Assembly (NCBI GenBank): GCA_016618385.1
Contig: JABFOP010000159.1
Location: forward strand, 566,555-630,554
Direction of reading: 5' to 3'
Length of the DNA stretch: 64,000 nt
Source of the DNA: Nymphon striatum
Lineage: Eukaryota
Position 1 is the first letter of the stretch, and each line of letters starts with the position of its first letter. Below, piece by piece: positions 60,229 through 64,000 of this stretch. The notes under the pieces were generated by a model. The model was not told where the DNA came from. It searched no databases and was given only the letters and a program-made list of their open reading frames with translations. A program made the position numbers and the translations under genes.

Positions 60229-61940
60229 CCCGCGTTTGCTTCGCGCACAGTCAGGTTATTGTATAAGTCATTGCAGAAATTTATTTATAGGCAATAATCT
60301 GTTACTAAGTAGATTAGTAGCAGCCAATTATATTAGACAACGTAGGGAAAAGGTAGAAAGCATTTTTAAAGTAATGTAGTGGTTATAATAAATTAATTAA
60401 ATAAATTAATAGAAAAATATATCTACAGTTAATTGAAGTTAACAAATCTTCACGTTTCTTGATTTCAAATAGAGTAATCCAAAAGGGGGGTGACGATGCC
60501 GACGGGAAAATCTCCCCCTCTCCCTCTCCTCTCTCTAGTGTGGGGTGGAAAACTTCGCACGAACAGACGGACGGACGGACGAACGCACAGGCAGACAATA
60601 ATATTTTAGTAGATAAGATGCACTTATTCTTGTTGATTTTTACTCTTTAGGGGTCCAATTAAGAACAAAACCAGATTAGTTGCATAATGTATAAAGTTTG
60701 GGCTATCGGATGATTTGCATAAATCTAAGATGGTCGCCAGACGCCATTTTGAAAATTTAACTTTTGAGCCATTTGTACCAGAATGATGTGTATAAGGGTT
60801 TTTAAGGGTTTTAGAGTACGTAGAATCCATTTCTGATGTTGGTTTTCCACTGTGAGCTCATGTTCAGGCCTAATTCCAATGTCTGTCCCTGTTCAAGTCA
60901 ACTTTAACATTATCATTTTTATTAGACGGCGTTGACAGTTTGCGTTCACAGTTAGCGTCATCTTCTGGTCACCCCTCTTTTGGATTATTCTATTTCGGAA
61001 TTCAGAAAAGATTCCCGCACAGGGGGACGAACTTTTTTTTCTTCATTTATTATTTTTTGTCATATTTTATTTTAATTTAAAATTTTTATATATTTTTTTT
61101 TATTTAGTTATTTCATATATTTATACAGGGTAGTGCATGTAGAGTGCAAGCAAATGTAGAGGAAGTGACTTTAAAAAAATGTTACCAATGCTCCCCAGTT
61201 TTAATCCCTTTGCTCGCCAAAATAATTCTCTAGTACCATCTAAATTTTGCTGCCAGCCGCCCCTGAAACATATATAAATGTTGTTTTCAAGTGACATTTT
61301 ATTTATGAGATTTCATGACATTACATGTAATATGTAGAAGAAACATCATTTCTACTAAAATACTATAGTCTGTCTGTTCGTTCGTTCGTGCGAAGTTTTC
61401 TACCCCACACTAGAGAGAGGAGAGGGGAGAGGGGGAAATTTATCTGTCGGCTTCGTTCAACACTGATAAAAAAAATCCCCCTGCTATGTTCATTTGATAC
61501 CAGTCATCCCCCTTTTGGATTACTCTATTTTGAAATTAAGAAACGTTTACCTCACAGCGGGAAAATCTTCCTTTTTTATGAATATTGAAAGAAATACTAA
61601 AGAAGATTTATTAACTTTAATTAACTGTAAATATATGTTTCTATTGATTTATTTAATCAATTTATTATAACCTTGCAATACATTGCTATACAATTGCTTT
61701 TCTACATTTTACTTACGTTGTTTAATATAACTGGCAGGTATTAATCTACTTAGTAACAGATTAATCAATTTATTATAACCTTGCAATACATTGCTTTAAA
61801 ATTGCTTTTCTACATTTTCCTTACGTTGTCTAATATAATTGGCAGATATTAATCTACTTAGTAACAAATTATTGTCTATAAATAAATTTCTGCAATGACT
61901 TGTACAATGTAACCTGACTGTGCGCGAAGCAAACACGGGC
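60229..61940. mobile_element. Large inverted-repeat (foldback-type) element, ~1.7 kb. Arms 60229-60600 and 61370-61940 share mirrored order: terminal segment (cgcgtttgcttcgcgcacagtcaggtta…), 115-bp unit (tandem ×2 in the right arm, 61645-61875), and a W repeat with (GAGAGG)n / GGACGGACGG tracts. A partial W copy lies in the centre (60960-61030).
   Basis: Terminal 70 bp are near-perfect reverse complements. The W family also occurs at 10960-11035. Confidence 0.5.
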
Positions 61941-62149
61941 CAGCCCAGTGTCTATTATAAATTGATATTGCTTTTATTATTGAACAAAACTAGCACATAA
62001 AATGTGTAGAATCATATCTAAACTATTTCTAAATGGTCATTCCATATATCCATGGTGACTCGCGTTACATAAATGAGGAATTTAAAAAAATAATTTCTCT
62101 CTTTCATCTATTGTAAACATCCGCCCACAATGTTGGCCTTCATGTAAAC

Positions 62150-62660
62150 GCCTCCAAATCAAAGTTTATATGCTTTAACCAACAAAGAGAAATCAGATCC
62201 ATCGATAATGAAAAAATAGAGCATATAACATTATTTTCCTATCTAGGTAGTGAAATGGAGTCGTCCAAAAAGATCTAAGCATAAGAACTGCTAAAGCATG
62301 GAATACCCTAAATAAAATGGGCATCATCTAGAAGTCTGACATGCCCGAATCGATACGGTTAATAACACCAATAATCATTAAAAGTATCTTCTTTCCACAA
62401 AGGTATACATGCTGGCCCATGCTAGTGTAACCAGTGTGCGGCGTCTATCGCTTATGACGTCATGACTTGTGGATTACACGTCACGGCTGTGACGTTTCTG
62501 TCCACAATGGCAGCTCCTACGTAGTTGTTTTTGAAATTCGTTTAAAAATATTAAATGAACTAGAAAAACATTTTAAAATCAGGATTTGTTGTTTGATATA
62601 TGTACTATGGATTGGGAATTTTTTTTTTTGACACCCAATGAGTAGAGTATGCCTTTAAGC
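62150..62660 (+). mobile_element. 3' end of LINE family 1. RT C-terminus (…YLGSEMESSKKDLSIRTAKAWNTLNKMGIIWKSD…) plus the complete 3' tail 62340-62660 (…cgaatcgatacgg…CAATGAGTAGAGTATGCCTTTAAG).
   Basis: Translation and tail matches to 31160-31500 and 19655-20566. Confidence 0.65.
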
Positions 62661-63015
62661 TCCTGAAGAGACTCTGACTGAATAACTACATCGTCTGAAA
62701 ATCTGAGGTCGTCCTCATCTTTTGAGATTAGTTTAGAAGTCCCATTTAGACTTATAAAAAGATTATTAAACAAACTGTAAACACTTTTGAAGATATTGAA
62801 TCTCCCTGTCTCACTCTTCACTCCATGGAAAATTCAAGATTTTGTATTAAATTGTAACGGTCATTGAATTCAGGGACTAAACCGTTTAAATATAACATCT
62901 GATTCCAGAAATCGAGGTGAAATCCTCTCGTCCATGCTGTAGAACTGGAAAAATAAAAATAAAATGAAAGAACTTTGTTTGCAAGGTATTGGAAAATATG
63001 TATTACTCCCCACAC
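62661..63015 (-). mobile_element. LINE family-2 RT fragment on the minus strand (…DLRFSDDVVIQSESLQELKGI…), truncated by the plus-strand LINE-1 3' end next to it.
   Basis: ORFs 62579-62821(-) and 62818-63015(-). Paralogous to 56805-57119. Confidence 0.55.
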
Positions 63016-64000
63016 ACAACTTGTCTAGCTTGCCTTTGTGGGTCATCATACATAGAGGATACGTGATGAGTGCCCGTCGAATATGGAATATATGAACAGA
63101 ATAAACCTTGATTTTTTTTATTTTAAATTAAATCAATGTTAGTAGCAACCCCAGTCAATTTTCAGATACATTTAAATATGTATTTAATTGATATTAGTTC
63201 ATAGACCTGTACAAGAGCAGCACAAAACAGTTTAGTTTTTGAAAATATCTCTACTAGAAAAAAAGTTATGCTATTTAGAAGTTCGAAAATATTAGCAACT
63301 TTTGTGAAGTTTTGCCTTATATATTTATGTCGATAACGACTTATCCGTGGAACCGAAAAGATGAATTGAGTGAACTTTAACGGACTATATCTTCGCGTAA
63401 TTAGGTCGTACGAATATGATTCAAATTCATGACCTATTTTTAAACTTCTTCTCTGATTGGATGTTACGAATCTCATAATTATTCATTAAGTGTCAATGAC
63501 TTGCAATTTGAAACAAAGACAACATATGTCACGCTTCCTGCTGTGTTTTAATTAGCCGATCGTAAATCATGCTAATTATTGGCATTATTAATTCGTAAAT
63601 CCGATAATTTTTAATGCAATAAATAAACAGAATATGCATTTTGTAGATAATTTTATTAGCTTTTAAAGGATGAAAGATTTATTTCAATCAGGGCAACAAA
63701 TAAAAAATTAATGAGAGAAAACATACAAGGAGGTGTGAATTTGTTCAGATTTCCAGATTAATTATCGGATTATGGTGCGTCACCTGGGGTTGCTAATGTT
63801 AGAGAGTTTCACATATTCTATATCCAACGTGGTCGAATTTGGTATTCTGTTTATCACATAATCGATAGATAGCTTTGAAAATTAATTTAATTTAATTTAA
63901 AATAGATTCAATTTGATACATAGTGTAAGGTTTTTATCACATAATTAGTTGTCACAAAATAACAAATTACCCACCCCAAGCAGTCCTTCACCATTTTGAA

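Overview
This 64 kb window looks like AT-rich, repeat-dense eukaryotic (probably invertebrate metazoan) nuclear DNA. I found no prokaryotic organisation: no operons, CRISPR arrays or rRNA genes.

The only convincing host gene is a multi-exon plus-strand gene. Its 3.5 kb terminal exon (12963-16480) encodes a 1165-aa C2H2 zinc-finger protein carrying an in-frame 33-bp coding minisatellite (about 16 copies of GPGMTNTNTxS). Two upstream exon candidates (4143-4308 and 6763-7367) are joined by canonical AG/GT sites in compatible phases.

Everything else is mobile DNA or repeats:
- An apparently intact 2.4 kb Ginger-like DNA transposon (22740-25162). It has TGTTA...TAACA termini, ~125-145 bp TIRs built from a palindromic GGCATTTGGCCAAATGCC motif, and a TATA 4-bp TSD. 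It encodes a 571-aa retroviral-type HHCC+DDE integrase-like transposase.
- A 3.5 kb foldback-like element (46567-50044). Its inverted arms are themselves tandem arrays (~135/270-bp units). The centre carries a frameshifted PIN/FEN-like (XPG-I/H3TH) nuclease gene on the minus strand.
- Several 5'-truncated LINE copies of at least two families: one FADD-type RT with a characteristic 3' tail, and one RTE/CR1-like with a (GAT)n tail. There is also an APE-endonuclease fragment.
- At least eight copies of a ~450-bp tRNA-derived SINE, one of them split by a nested TIR element.
- Several TA-TSD MITEs, two TIR elements with 5-bp TSDs, long palindromes, a 183-bp satellite and a recent 455-bp tandem duplication.

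All calls rest on by-eye reading of the sequence and motif memory. No searches were run.
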